Notes under the pieces: model-generated
The model's database searches: none
The model's input: only the letters and a program-made list of their open reading frames with translations
What the model was told of the DNA's origin: nothing
Source of the DNA: Macrostomum lignano
Lineage: Eukaryota
Assembly: GCA_002269645.1 (NCBI GenBank)
Contig: NIVC01000087.1
Span: 885,608-949,607, forward strand
DNA length: 64,000 nt
Reading direction: 5' to 3'
Made by a program: the position numbers and the translations under genes
Shown: positions 1 to 9,169 of the stretch, one piece after another
How the letters are laid out: each line of letters begins with the position of its first letter
Position numbering within the stretch: position 1 is the stretch's first letter

Positions 1-305
1 CCAGGGAGACCGACGCAGCTTTTCAGGACCTCGAGCAGCCTGCCAGGCCGGCGCAAACCGAACAGCGGGATGAGCTCGTGACAGAGCTGTCGGACGAAAC
101 AATCAAAACTCTGCCTAGACCAGTAACGGCGGCCTGCTCTCTGACGCTTTACCGGAGCGATATCTCTGCGGATGAAGAACAACGCCTGCAGCAGGACCAT
201 TGACAGTGCGCTCCTCGGTTCTCGCTGCGAGTCTCGAAACAGCCGTCTCATAGCCGTGAGCACTGACACGATTCCGTCCGACTGTCCAGCCAAAATATGC
301 TTCAT
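1..305 (-). CDS. Unknown ORF, truncated by the window edge (MKHILAGQSDGIVSVLTAMRRLFRDSQREPRSALSMVLLQALFFIRRD...)
   Basis: ATG at 305-303 overlaps the TGA of the J-domain ORF (TGATG). Manual translation gives 101 codons with no stop to position 1. It is absent from the ORF track, probably because no stop lies in the window. Confidence 0.55.
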   Translation of the reverse strand, partial: MKHILAGQSDGIVSVLTAMRRLFRDSQREPRSALSMVLLQALFFIRRDIAPVKRQRAGRRYWSRQSFDCFVRQLCHELIPLFGLRRPGRLLEVLKSCVGLP

Positions 306-931
306 CAAACGATGGCGGAGCTGACGCGCAGCTGCCGATAACGACAGCTTTTCATCATCCCATATTGCTCCCGACGCGCGATGTGAGACAACCTCCTTGC
401 TTTCCGGTACATCGATCTCCATAGCTTCTGACTCACTACTTCGGAGGAGCCATCCGATGCCAGCAACTCGTCTTCTTCTTCTGTGTCGATGCTACACTCA
501 TCCGACTCCTCGCTCTCATCGTCGTCCGAGATTAGAATGTAGCCATCCGCTTCGTAATCGTTCCTCTGTCCCTGTCTCCCCTGCCTGAGACCAGCTTCCT
601 TGCGCTGAGCTTCTTCAACTTCTCGCCTTTGCTGTACTCCCTCTTCGATGTCCGCCGGCATTCTTACACCAGTAGGAGGTATGAACGTCATTGCGAAGGT
701 TACAGCCTCGTCATACGGGATTGATTTATCGCCCAACTGGTCGTACATCGCTCGGCGATATGGACACGATAGAATTCTACCAGCAGTCTCAATTTCTTGG
801 AAACGGCGTCCTGCGAGTTCCTTGTCTGGGTGCTTGTCCGGGTGCCAGAAGAGCGCTAGCTGTCGATAGACTCGCCTGATCTCGGCACGTTCGGCTGTGT
901 GTCCGACTTGGAGGACAGCGTACAAATCCAT
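305..931 (-). CDS. Intronless J-domain (DnaJ/Hsp40-like) protein, 208 aa, with acidic central region
   Basis: MDLYAVLQV...EIRRVYRQLALFWHPDKHPDKELAGRRFQEIETAGRILSCPYRRAMYD is a canonical J-domain with the HPD motif. First ATG is at 931; the track start at 964 is a GTG. Confidence 0.9.
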   Translation of the reverse strand: MDLYAVLQVGHTAERAEIRRVYRQLALFWHPDKHPDKELAGRRFQEIETAGRILSCPYRRAMYDQLGDKSIPYDEAVTFAMTFIPPTGVRMPADIEEGVQQRREVEEAQRKEAGLRQGRQGQRNDYEADGYILISDDDESEESDECSIDTEEEDELLASDGSSEVVSQKLWRSMYRKARRLSHIARREQYGMMKSCRYRQLRVSSAIV

Positions 932-1175
932 CTGCAAAGCAACGTACTCAAACCTGCGACACACTGTCCCTGACTCCAGATTCTACTCCTGCTCCCCTCT
1001 TGCCAGAGCGTCATCTCCTCGGACCGTGGCCCGCGGTACCCTGCATCGTAAAGTCCCAGCGCAAATTCGAGTTGTCACCGGATGCCAGTCCGAATACCCT
1101 CCACCGATGCATAGATTTTGTAGGCAAAATTTGATTCTCGTCAAAACTTCGATGAAGATGCGATTAAAATGACTT

Positions 1176-1280
1176 AATGACGCATTAACGAATTTCTTGA
1201 ATGACGCATTGGCGAACTGCTCGTACTCATGATGAATGATGCATTGATGAAGTACTCGTATTTATGATGAATGACGCATT
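1176..1280. promoter_or_regulatory. Four copies of AATGA(C/T)GCATT between integrase and the J-domain ORF; possible internal promoter/enhancer
   Basis: Copies at about 1176, 1200, 1235 and 1270; near-palindromic with a TGACG CRE half-site. Function is inferred. Confidence 0.35.
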
Positions 1281-1354
1281 CGCGAAATATTTTTCTGGCT
1301 TTTAACGATAATCGCATATGAAACTGATGAGACTTCACGATGACGAGTAACCCA

Positions 1355-2701
1355 TTAGAATGTCACTGGCTGGCCGTAGCGATCCGGCGGCCGTCGCAAC
1401 CTTCCGGACCTTCGAGGCTCAGGTGCAGCTTCCACCGGGTTATGAGTAGGCTGCGGGTCGTCAACCAACTCCATCTGCTCTTCCAGCACCTCGGCGACTT
1501 CCTCAGCGTCCTGTGGCGGCATCAGTTGAGGCCGAGTCCAAGTCTCGCCTTCCGCATCTGCCTCCGAGTCCGTCTCGTCGACCACTTCCGGCGGTGCCGC
1601 GGTCCTAACTGGTGTTTCCAGGGCGGCCGGTCGAGCGAACTTCCGGAGGTTGTTGAAGTGGACGAACTTCGACTTTTTACGATTTGACGGGTTTTCCACT
1701 TTGAAGAGCACCTCGGATCTTCTTTCGAGCACCTTCACTGGGCCGAGCCAGCTTACGTGAAACTTTGCGGCTTCGTCTGGTTTCAGGGCGGGGCTGTAGA
1801 CGAAGACATGGTCACCCTCCTGAATATCGGATCCTCGGGTTCTTTTATCGTACTGGTCCTTCTGTCGCCGCTGATAAGTATTCAACTGCTGTCGAGCAGC
1901 GCGATGAGCTGTCTGCAATTTGTCTTCTAGCTCCTTGACGAAATTTACATGCGAATCGACAGGCTGTGGCGGCTGGTCAGTCAAGTCTATCGGTAGGCGC
2001 ATCTCCGTGCCATAGACCATGTAGTGGGGAGTATAACCCGTTGCTCGATGCACGCTTGATCGGTACGCCATTAACGCAGAGCTGACGAATTCTTCCCAGT
2101 CGTTTCGTCCTGAGTCCTCTAGGCAGCACTTGAGGATGGATTTTAAACTTTTATTGAAGTTTTCTACTTGTCCATTTCCGCTCGGATGATAAGCTGTTGT
2201 TCTGGACTTGCGGATCTCGAGTATCCTGCACATTTCGCGCATCACTTGCGATTCGAAGTTTCTTCCTTGGTCGCTGTGCAAAGTACTCGGACACCCATGC
2301 TGGCTAATCCATCGATTGAAAAGCGCCCTTGCCACCGTCCTTGCCTTCTGGTTGCGAAGCGGGTACGCGTCAGGCCACTTCGTAAACGAATCTTGGACTG
2401 TCAGGAGATAAATGTTTCCAGCCTTACTCCGCGGTAGCGGCCCGACAATGTCCATCATGACGCAATCGAATGGTGCTGCGAATGTCAACGGTTGCAGGGG
2501 TGCTCGGTTTCGCTTGCCCGGCTTTGACTTGCAGCAGGTGGCACAACCGCGAATATATTCTTCAATGGCACGAGACAATCCTGGACGCCAGTAGCGCTGA
2601 AGCACTTTAAATTTTGTCTTCGCAAAGCCCATGTGGCCACCTCCCACTCCCTCGTGTAGGGTTTTCAAGATACGATCCAATGCCTTTCGTGGCAGCACCA
2701 T
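1355..2701 (-). CDS. pol: Retrotransposon integrase (C-terminal part of pol, out of frame by 1 nt at ~2700)
   Basis: HHCC (LHEGVGGGHMG...CATC), DDE (MDIVGP, SDQGRNFES, GQVENFN), GPY/F-like WLGPVKV and basic tail PRRSGRLRRPPDRY. CAA TGG TG would read CAA TTG GTG (QLVLP) if one T were restored. Confidence 0.93.
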   Translation of the reverse strand: MVLPRKALDRILKTLHEGVGGGHMGFAKTKFKVLQRYWRPGLSRAIEEYIRGCATCCKSKPGKRNRAPLQPLTFAAPFDCVMMDIVGPLPRSKAGNIYLLTVQDSFTKWPDAYPLRNQKARTVARALFNRWISQHGCPSTLHSDQGRNFESQVMREMCRILEIRKSRTTAYHPSGNGQVENFNKSLKSILKCCLEDSGRNDWEEFVSSALMAYRSSVHRATGYTPHYMVYGTEMRLPIDLTDQPPQPVDSHVNFVKELEDKLQTAHRAARQQLNTYQRRQKDQYDKRTRGSDIQEGDHVFVYSPALKPDEAAKFHVSWLGPVKVLERRSEVLFKVENPSNRKKSKFVHFNNLRKFARPAALETPVRTAAPPEVVDETDSEADAEGETWTRPQLMPPQDAEEVAEVLEEQMELVDDPQPTHNPVEAAPEPRRSGRLRRPPDRYGQPVTF

Positions 2702-5700
2702 TGATACTCATCGCGCCTGTCTTTGTTTCTCACAAGGAGCACGTTCTCTTGCAGCACCAGGTCGTCTTTTCGAGTCCAGACGGCTCTAGCCAGTGGACTC
2801 CAAGCTGTCTCGCTTTTATCTGGAACTGGGTTTGAGCCAAGCGCTTCCTTTACTGTTCTCAAATCGTCGTCTTGATCCTGCTCGCTTGCCAGATTGCCGG
2901 CTGAGAATCGTTCAAATTCGACTGCATTTAGTCCTTCTGGATGCTGCGCACATGCCGGGCATGTCTCCGCTCCGAAATGTCTCCGTACTGGCTTCCTCGA
3001 CATTGCGTCCGCGTTGCCATGCGATCGACCTGGTCTGTGAACGATGCGGTACTGAAATGGAGCCAACTTCTCCAACCAGCGAGCAACCTGTCCCTCGGCG
3101 TCACTGAAGTTTTTTAACCATTGCAGGCTGCTGTGGTCCGTTCGCAGACAGAACGCTTTTCCAAGCAGATAGTATCTGAACTTCATGATGAAAGTCACAA
3201 CCGCTAGTAGTTCTAAACGAGTCGTACAATAGTTGCGTTCGGCTTGATTTAGTGTCTTGGACCCATAGGCGATCACTCGTTCTGCTCCATCTGGCTGGAC
3301 TTGAGAAAGTACCGCTCCTATGCCCATCTTCGAACTGCCATCAGTATCGAGGATAAACTCTCCGGCATCCGGGGAGAAATCCGGATGAGCCATAACCTCT
3401 GAACTTGTCATTCGTTCCTTCAATGTTTCGAACGCCAGCTGCTGTTCCGTTTTCCATTCAAACTTTGCGTCTTTTGTTGTCAATCGAGTTAGAGGCGCTG
3501 CTATTGCGGCGAAATCTTTAATAAACTTTCTGTAATAGCCACACAGGCCCAAGAATGAATGCAGCTCCGTCGAGGATCGCGGTGTTGGCCAGTTCTTCAC
3601 TTCTTGAACTTTCTCCTCATCGGTACTGATGCCAGCAGCCGACAGCGTGTGACCGAGAAATTTCACTTGCTTTTGCAAAAAGTGACACTTCTGGGGCTTC
3701 AGGCACAAATTTGCTTGCCGCAACTTGCTGAATATTTCCTCCAGTCTTCTCAGGTGTTCATCCACGTCGGTTGACCAAACCAGTAGATCGTCGATGTAGA
3801 CGAGACAGGTTTTCCACATCTGCTTGTCCAGAACGGCTGCCATCAACCTGGTGAATGTTGCTGGGCTGTTCACTAAGCCGAACGGCATAACCTTCCATCG
3901 AAATTGTCCGCGATGCGGCACTGCAAACGCCGTCTTGTCCTGATCCTGAGGTCTCACCCCTACTTGCCAAAACCCGCTGTGAAGGTCCATTGTCGAGAAG
4001 ATCTTGGCGCCGTGTACTGCCTCCAGCGCATCATCGACCCTCGGCATCGGCACTGCATCCTTGACGGTGACCTCATTCAACTTCCGATAATCGACGCACA
4101 TCCTCATTTCCCCTGATTTCTTCTTTACGCACACCAAAGGAAAGCACCATGGTGACTGTGCTTCTTCGATCTGCCCCTTTTCCAGCAACTCGTTGACTTG
4201 ACGATCTACTTCTGGCTGTAAGTGGGGAGGCAGACGACGCGGTGGGATCTTGATTGGGCGCGCATTCTCGGTGTTAATTTCATGCTCCACCACGGTAGTT
4301 AACTTGCTTGAAGTCTGCTTGGTCGTGAACACATCGCTGTAACTCCGGACAAGGATTCTAAATTCTTCGTCTTCTTTCGTCGACAGTCCACAGTCGCCGT
4401 ACGAGTTTGGTAGCAAGTCTGCTTCCGAAGGGCTGTTGCTGCCTTGGACCTTCGGCTCTTCCTGTGGATCGTCTCCTGACTCTACGGCTAAGAGCTTGAT
4501 GGTGTTCAACGGTTCGGTGGATTCTAGGGGGCAGAACCACCCGAGCGTACAACCTTGGCGAATTCTGACTGGCTCTTCCGTGATATTGATGAGTCGAGTC
4601 GGCAGACGGCTGCCGCTATTTGGGATCACTAAGGCCTTAGCAAGCCAGCGGCCAGCTGCCAAATCGTTGGCTCCGAGATTCTCAGTTAGACCGACACACC
4701 CTCTGTTCCGTCGTCCTTTGCTCTCCAGCCTTGCTGACAGAACTGCTTGATGACCTGGCGGTATTGTGCTGGACCTTGTCGCCAAAATTCTGCAAACGAT
4801 CGGGCGCTCAGCTTGCCATCGGAACGGGATTGCAGTGTCCTGCACTGAAAAGACAGCTGTCTTGTAGTCGATGACGCAACTGTTGTCCCTGCAGAAGTCG
4901 GATCCCAATACCAGTTGGTACTTCACTCCGCTGACTACCAAGGCTGGAGTATCTATTACTTTATCAGCGATTGATAGTCGCAACAGGACTGTTCTCTCGA
5001 TTTCGATCGGGCTGCCGTTTGCTAAGCTAACATAGCCTTTAGCACCGGCCAAATCTCTGACGCTCTGTTTCGGCATACTTTGGTAGGCTTCCCGTGAGAT
5101 AATGGTGCAGGAAGCTCCCGAGTCCACTAGCGCGTTCACCCTCCGCCCTGCGATTGAGGCCGTAACATATATCGACGCATGATTGATTTGAATTGACTGA
5201 GGTGCGTTGACGGTGATTGGGCGCTGCGACTGTGCAAAACCGGCTAGTTGATGGTGAGGTGCAGTACCGGACGCTGGAGGCTGATGAGGCACTGTAACGG
5301 ATACTGGATGCTGATGAGACTCAGTACCGGACACTGTAGGCTGATGAGGCGCAGTACCGGACACTGGAGGCTGATGAGGCACTGTACCGGACACTGGATG
5401 CTGATGAGACACAGTACCGGACACTGGAGGCTGATGAGACGCTGTACCGGACACTGGATGCTGATGAGGCGCAGTACCGGACACTGGATGCTGATGAGGC
5501 GCAGTACCGGACGCTGGAGGCTGATGAGGCGCAGTACCGGACACTGGATGCTGATGAGGCGCAGTACCGGACACTGAATGCTGATGAGGCGCAGTACCGG
5601 ACACTGAATGCTGATGAGGCACTGTACCGGACACTGGATGCTGATGAGATGAAGTACCGGACACTGGATGCTGATGAGGCGCAGTACCGGACACTGGATG

Positions 5701-6129
5701 CTGATGAGGCGCAGTACCGGACACTGGATGCTGATGAGGCGCAGTACCGGACGCTGGAGGCTGATGAGGCACTGTAACGGACACAGGATGCTGATGAGAC
5801 TCAGTACCGGACACTGTAGGCTGATGAGGCACTGTTCCGGACACTGGATGCTGATGAGACACAGTACCGGACACTGGAGGCTGATGAGACGCTGTACCGG
5901 ACGCTGGAGGCTGATGAGGCGCAGTACCGGACACTGAATGCTGATGAGGCGCAGTACCGGACACTGGATGCTGATGAGGCGCAGTACCGGACACTGGAGG
6001 CTGATGAGATGAAGTACCGGACACTGGATGCTGATGAGGCGCAGTACCGGACACTGGAGGCTGATGAGACGCAGTGATGATGATGAGATGAGATGACGAC
6101 TTGTTCGGAGGCTGACGAATTGCAGGGGC
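2665..6129 (-). CDS. pol: Pol polyprotein: repeat spacer, aspartic protease, reverse transcriptase, RNase H
   Basis: PR LVDSGASCTII; RT CVDYRKLN, DLHSGFWQV, MPFGL, YIDD; RNaseH ILDTDGS, ELLAV, TDH. The frame is open from directly after the gag TGA (6129). Confidence 0.95.
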   Translation of the reverse strand, partial: APAIRQPPNKSSSHLIIITASHQPPVSGTAPHQHPVSGTSSHQPPVSGTAPHQHPVSGTAPHQHSVSGTAPHQPPASGTASHQPPVSGTVSHQHPVSGTVPHQPTVSGTESHQHPVSVTVPHQPPASGTAPHQHPVSGTAPHQHPVSGTAPHQHPVSGTSSHQHPVSGTVPHQHSVSGTAPHQHSVSGTAPHQHPVSGTAPHQPPASGTAPHQHPVSGTAPHQHPVSGTASHQPPVSGTVSHQHPVSGTVPHQPPVSGTAPHQPTVSGTESHQHPVSVTVPHQPPASGTAPHHQLAGFAQSQRPITVNAPQSIQINHASIYVTASIAGRRVNALVDSGASCTIISREAYQSMPKQSVRDLAGAKGYVSLANGSPIEIERTVLLRLSIADKVIDTPALVVSGVKYQLVLGSDFCRDNSCVIDYKTAVFSVQDTAIPFRWQAERPIVCRILATRSSTIPPGHQAVLSARLESKGRRNRGCVGLTENLGANDLAAGRWLAKALVIPNSGSRLPTRLINITEEPVRIRQGCTLGWFCPLESTEPLNTIKLLAVESGDDPQEEPKVQGSNSPSEADLLPNSYGDCGLSTKEDEEFRILVRSYSDVFTTKQTSSKLTTVVEHEINTENARPIKIPPRRLPPHLQPEVDRQVNELLEKGQIEEAQSPWCFPLVCVKKKSGEMRMCVDYRKLNEVTVKDAVPMPRVDDALEAVHGAKIFSTMDLHSGFWQVGVRPQDQDKTAFAVPHRGQFRWKVMPFGLVNSPATFTRLMAAVLDKQMWKTCLVYIDDLLVWSTDVDEHLRRLEEIFSKLRQANLCLKPQKCHFLQKQVKFLGHTLSAAGISTDEEKVQEVKNWPTPRSSTELHSFLGLCGYYRKFIKDFAAIAAPLTRLTTKDAKFEWKTEQQLAFETLKERMTSSEVMAHPDFSPDAGEFILDTDGSSKMGIGAVLSQVQPDGAERVIAYGSKTLNQAERNYCTTRLELLAVVTFIMKFRYYLLGKAFCLRTDHSSLQWLKNFSDAEGQVARWLEKLAPFQYRIVHRPGRSHGNADAMSRKPVRRHFGAETCPACAQHPEGLNAVEFERFSAGNLASEQDQDDDLRTVKEALGSNPVPDKSETAWSPLARAVWTRKDDLVLQENVLLVRNKDRRDEYQWCCHERHWIVS
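5248..6075. repeat. 30-bp minisatellite (~27 copies) inside pol, encoding (SGTAPHQHPV)n
   Basis: Unit ctgatgaggcgcagtaccggacactggatg; stop-free in the pol frame. Confidence 0.95.
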
Positions 6130-7050
6130 TCACTTGCCTCCAGCTGGTGGGCCCCTCTTGCCTTTTCCCGGCTTTGGGCACTGGAATGAGAGATGGCCTA
6201 TCTCCCCGCAGTTGTAGCACTTGACACCGCTACGCTGCTTCGAGCTGGACGGAGCCGCCTGCTTGGATTGTTGCTTGTCTTGAAGACCGGGTTCGGGCGG
6301 CTCCTGCTGGCCCTGCTGGATCTGCTCTATCCGTCGGATCTTTTCTTCCATTTCCTTTACTTTTTGACGCAGTTGCCGTAGCTCCTCGTCTTTGCCGGTG
6401 TCACCTGTCGACGTTTCGGTGGCAAAGGCATTCAGCCCAGCCCTGGGTCTGGCTTTGGACTGGGTCGAAGACGCCTTCTGGGCTGCTTCAAGTTGTCTTA
6501 CTGTTCGAATGGCATCGGTGAGGTTGGCCGGCTGCTGCAGGTACAGTCTTTCTCGGACAGTGTCGGTTACTCGAACGCCTTTTAGAAATCTGTCTTTCGC
6601 CAGCTCTGTCCTGGTGTCGGCATCCGCGGTGAGGAAGGCATTGCGCACCAACTCCAGCAGCTCGTCCCCGTAGGTCTCCACAGACTCCTTGTCTAGCTGA
6701 TCTCGATTCGATAATTCAAAACGGTAGTCCTGGGCTGTTCTGTTCATGGTGAACCGCGCCAGCAGTGCATCCGTGAATTCCCCGTACTCGATGTCGTCTG
6801 CCAAGTCCAGCTTATCAACGGCAGCGTAGGCTGTTGTGAGGTCGAGTAGGCCGATCAGGTGCGGCCGCCTGGCTTCTTCTTCTATACCGACAGCCTCGCA
6901 GTACTCGTTGAAACTCTGCAGCCATAGGCTGAAATTCATCGTTGGTATGTACTTGGGCGGCTTCGAGAGTCGTGGCGCTGCTCGGTCGGCGTTGGCTCTG
7001 AGGCGCGCAGCCAGCGCATCGATCAGTTGGTCCATAGCTTGATCACCCAT
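6130..7050 (-). CDS. gag: Gag (capsid-like region plus CX2CX4HX4C zinc knuckle), 306 aa
   Basis: CYNCGEIGHLSFQC near the C-terminus; retrotransposon-gag-like middle (QLDKESVETYGDELLELV...KDRFLKG). ATG at 7050, TGA at 6132-6130. Confidence 0.92.
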   Translation of the reverse strand: MGDQAMDQLIDALAARLRANADRAAPRLSKPPKYIPTMNFSLWLQSFNEYCEAVGIEEEARRPHLIGLLDLTTAYAAVDKLDLADDIEYGEFTDALLARFTMNRTAQDYRFELSNRDQLDKESVETYGDELLELVRNAFLTADADTRTELAKDRFLKGVRVTDTVRERLYLQQPANLTDAIRTVRQLEAAQKASSTQSKARPRAGLNAFATETSTGDTGKDEELRQLRQKVKEMEEKIRRIEQIQQGQQEPPEPGLQDKQQSKQAAPSSSKQRSGVKCYNCGEIGHLSFQCPKPGKGKRGPPAGGK

Positions 7051-7274
7051 GGCCGAAGTCACTGAATACCGTTGCTACTCTTTACTCTGAGGTGGTGATA
7101 GCTATCAATCTCTGATAACCAATCAGTTGTCTGTCACCGTGATCAATGTCTTTTGCGGTAGGGCAATAGCCGCAGGCGATAAGCAAAAGTCGTTTTAATA
7201 AGAAAAAACGCTCACAATATGACAGCAATTTTCATAGAAAGCAACTGAGCCGACTTTCAATCTTTGGGGACAGG

Positions 7275-7292
7275 GTCCCTGTTCGGGCGCCA
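7275..7292 (-). other. Primer binding site complementary to the tRNA-Lys(UUU) 3' end
   Basis: Minus strand reads TGGCGCCCGAACAGGGAC, 3 nt after the ...ACAACA LTR end. Confidence 0.9.
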
Positions 7293-7295
7293 ATT

Positions 7296-8114
7296 TGTTG
7301 TAACCCGGGTCGGCTTGGGTGCCCAGTCCCGAGTACAATATATATTATATGTGATATAACAGGCGTTGTGACGCTCTGTCTGTACTTTTATGAATACGAC
7401 GAGCAGGCGTGGCGACGCTCTGCGATAATAATTCGATCCCTCTGGTGTTGTGACACTCAGAGTTCACGCTGCGGCTCGAGGTGTGGTGACACTCTCGAGT
7501 GCTTCTATTCTCTATACCGTAGGGCGTACGCAATATATATGGTAAACGGTACCGTACTACAGAAGCTATATGGTCTCCCGGCGTTATGACGCTCTGGCAA
7601 GAATTCGGCCTAGCAAGCTTCCCGAAAAGAAAGGACTCAAACAGCAGGCGGCTTACCAGTGGCCAGATGACTGTTCACCGTTTATTATTCGCAGGTCTCA
7701 AGCGCAGTTTCCGACTTCTTCTTAATTCTCCAAGACTCTTCTCAATTAGGCTATTGTGTTTCTTTTATCGAAGTAGCTAATGTTGCTGTTTCTTTTATCA
7801 GGTCTCGCGCTTGCACTCTCGGAGCACACCAAAACACAAAAAGCACGCAGGTGATGGGCAAGAGCCAGAGTCGCACCATAAATAGCACCCAAACCCTGGG
7901 GCAGACGGCCCCACCGGCTAAGCTCACCAAAACAAACCACGCCGGCCCAGCCAATCAAAACCCCGCCTAAGGGGGGAGGGGCAGCACCCGCGCCAAAGCT
8001 GGCCCGGCCGCAGCCAACCAGCCCTGAGCACGGGGCAGGGGCACGGCTGGGGAGGGGCACGCGCAAAGCCCGGCCGGCGGCCAAACCCTGCCACGCCCGC
8101 CCTGCCAACTGACA
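7296..8114 (-). repeat. Candidate 5' LTR (~820 bp)
   Basis: Minus strand starts TGTCAGTTG (8114) and ends ACAACA (7296), next to the PBS. GC-rich U3 with CCAAT box (~7952), TATTTAT (7884-7878) and AATAAA (7686-7681) in U3-R-U5 order. The 8114 boundary is unconfirmed without the second LTR. Confidence 0.6.
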
Positions 8115-8446
8115 AGGGCGCATGCACTACAATTACTTTTATAGGGTGTTTTATAAGTAATTAACATTTTTGGTCAAAAATTAAGTTGCATAGTCAGGTG
8201 AAACTTTGAAGTTGGGCATGTATGTATGCCATGTATTAGGGATATATCTTTCTAAAATCTAGAAATTTTATTTTTTTACAATGACCTTACTTAAATTTAG
8301 AGATTTTTATTGTATGCTTCCTTATTGCCCACTCCAAAATCATTGCTATGCCACTATTTGATGCTTTAAATAGGCCAATGGCATTTCTGAAAGTCAAAAT
8401 ACAGCATTGTTTTCCTAAACTATATACCATTAGTCAATTGATTCAT

Positions 8447-8737
8447 ACATGCGCAACAGTCGGCCGAGTCGGCCGATCCGGCCGACTGATTTGGCAGCCA
8501 ACCAAGGAAGTCGCAAAAATGCCCACCCAAAAAAATACCCCGTAGTAGTACTAAGTAGCTGACGAGGCATTTTTGCCTGATAAGACAGTCATAGTTACTA
8601 CCGGCGTTTACCCAAAGTTGCGTTAATTTTGCTTTGGGGTTTTTTTACATGTAAGTCGCATTTTTGGCCAAAAACTACGTCGCATTTTTGTTAAAACTAA
8701 GTCGCACGGCCGACCGAATTTTGGACGTTGCATATGT
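8447..8737. mobile_element. Possible MITE-like fragment with imperfect terminal inverted repeats
   Basis: acatgcgcaac (8447) vs gttgcatatgt (8727-8737), 9/11 inverted match. Internal perfect 10-bp IR cagtcggccg/cggccgactg (8457-8488) and repeated gtcgcattttt motifs. Confidence 0.25.
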
Positions 8738-9169
8738 CACTAATCACAGATTTTTATTTCAAAGCCAACACCTTTGATAGATAACACCTTGGATGATGCA
8801 CATTGTGTGGATCATAATGCAATAGAAAGTAAACATCCTAACATATAGTATAGCTCACAGCAGTTAGATGTAAGCCAAGTTAAAGCTATTTGCATGGATC
8901 TATTGCATTGCCACCCGCAGCTGCAGTGAGCATTCCGTGTCATGGGTAACACGCCAAACAGTGAGGGCCGAGCTCGGAGACTTTCTGCCCAGCTTGGCAG
9001 TGCCGCCGCTGGCGGCGAGGGTGCCTACCAGGCGCCGTACAAGCGAAAGAATGAGCCGTTCAATTTTGGCCCAGAATTTTCAGCTGAAATTCCCAGCATT
9101 GTGAAGGTAAATTTGCATTTTTTATTATTTGTTTTTTTAAGTCATGAGGCCTGAGACTTCAAATGGTTG

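Larger units (their letters stand above)
1..8114 (-). mobile_element. Ty3/Gypsy LTR retrotransposon (5' LTR-PBS-gag-pol-extra ORFs); 3' end lies outside the window
   Basis: Gag with CCHC knuckle, domain order PR-RT-RNaseH-IN, 18-nt tRNA-Lys PBS and a candidate TG...CA LTR. No second LTR copy was seen between 1 and 1355. Confidence 0.93.

Noticed and set aside
5801-6220. Alternative-frame ORF overlapping the gag end as a -1/+1 frameshift route into pol
   Set aside because: This frame stops at 5801 inside the repeat, and pol is in the gag frame.
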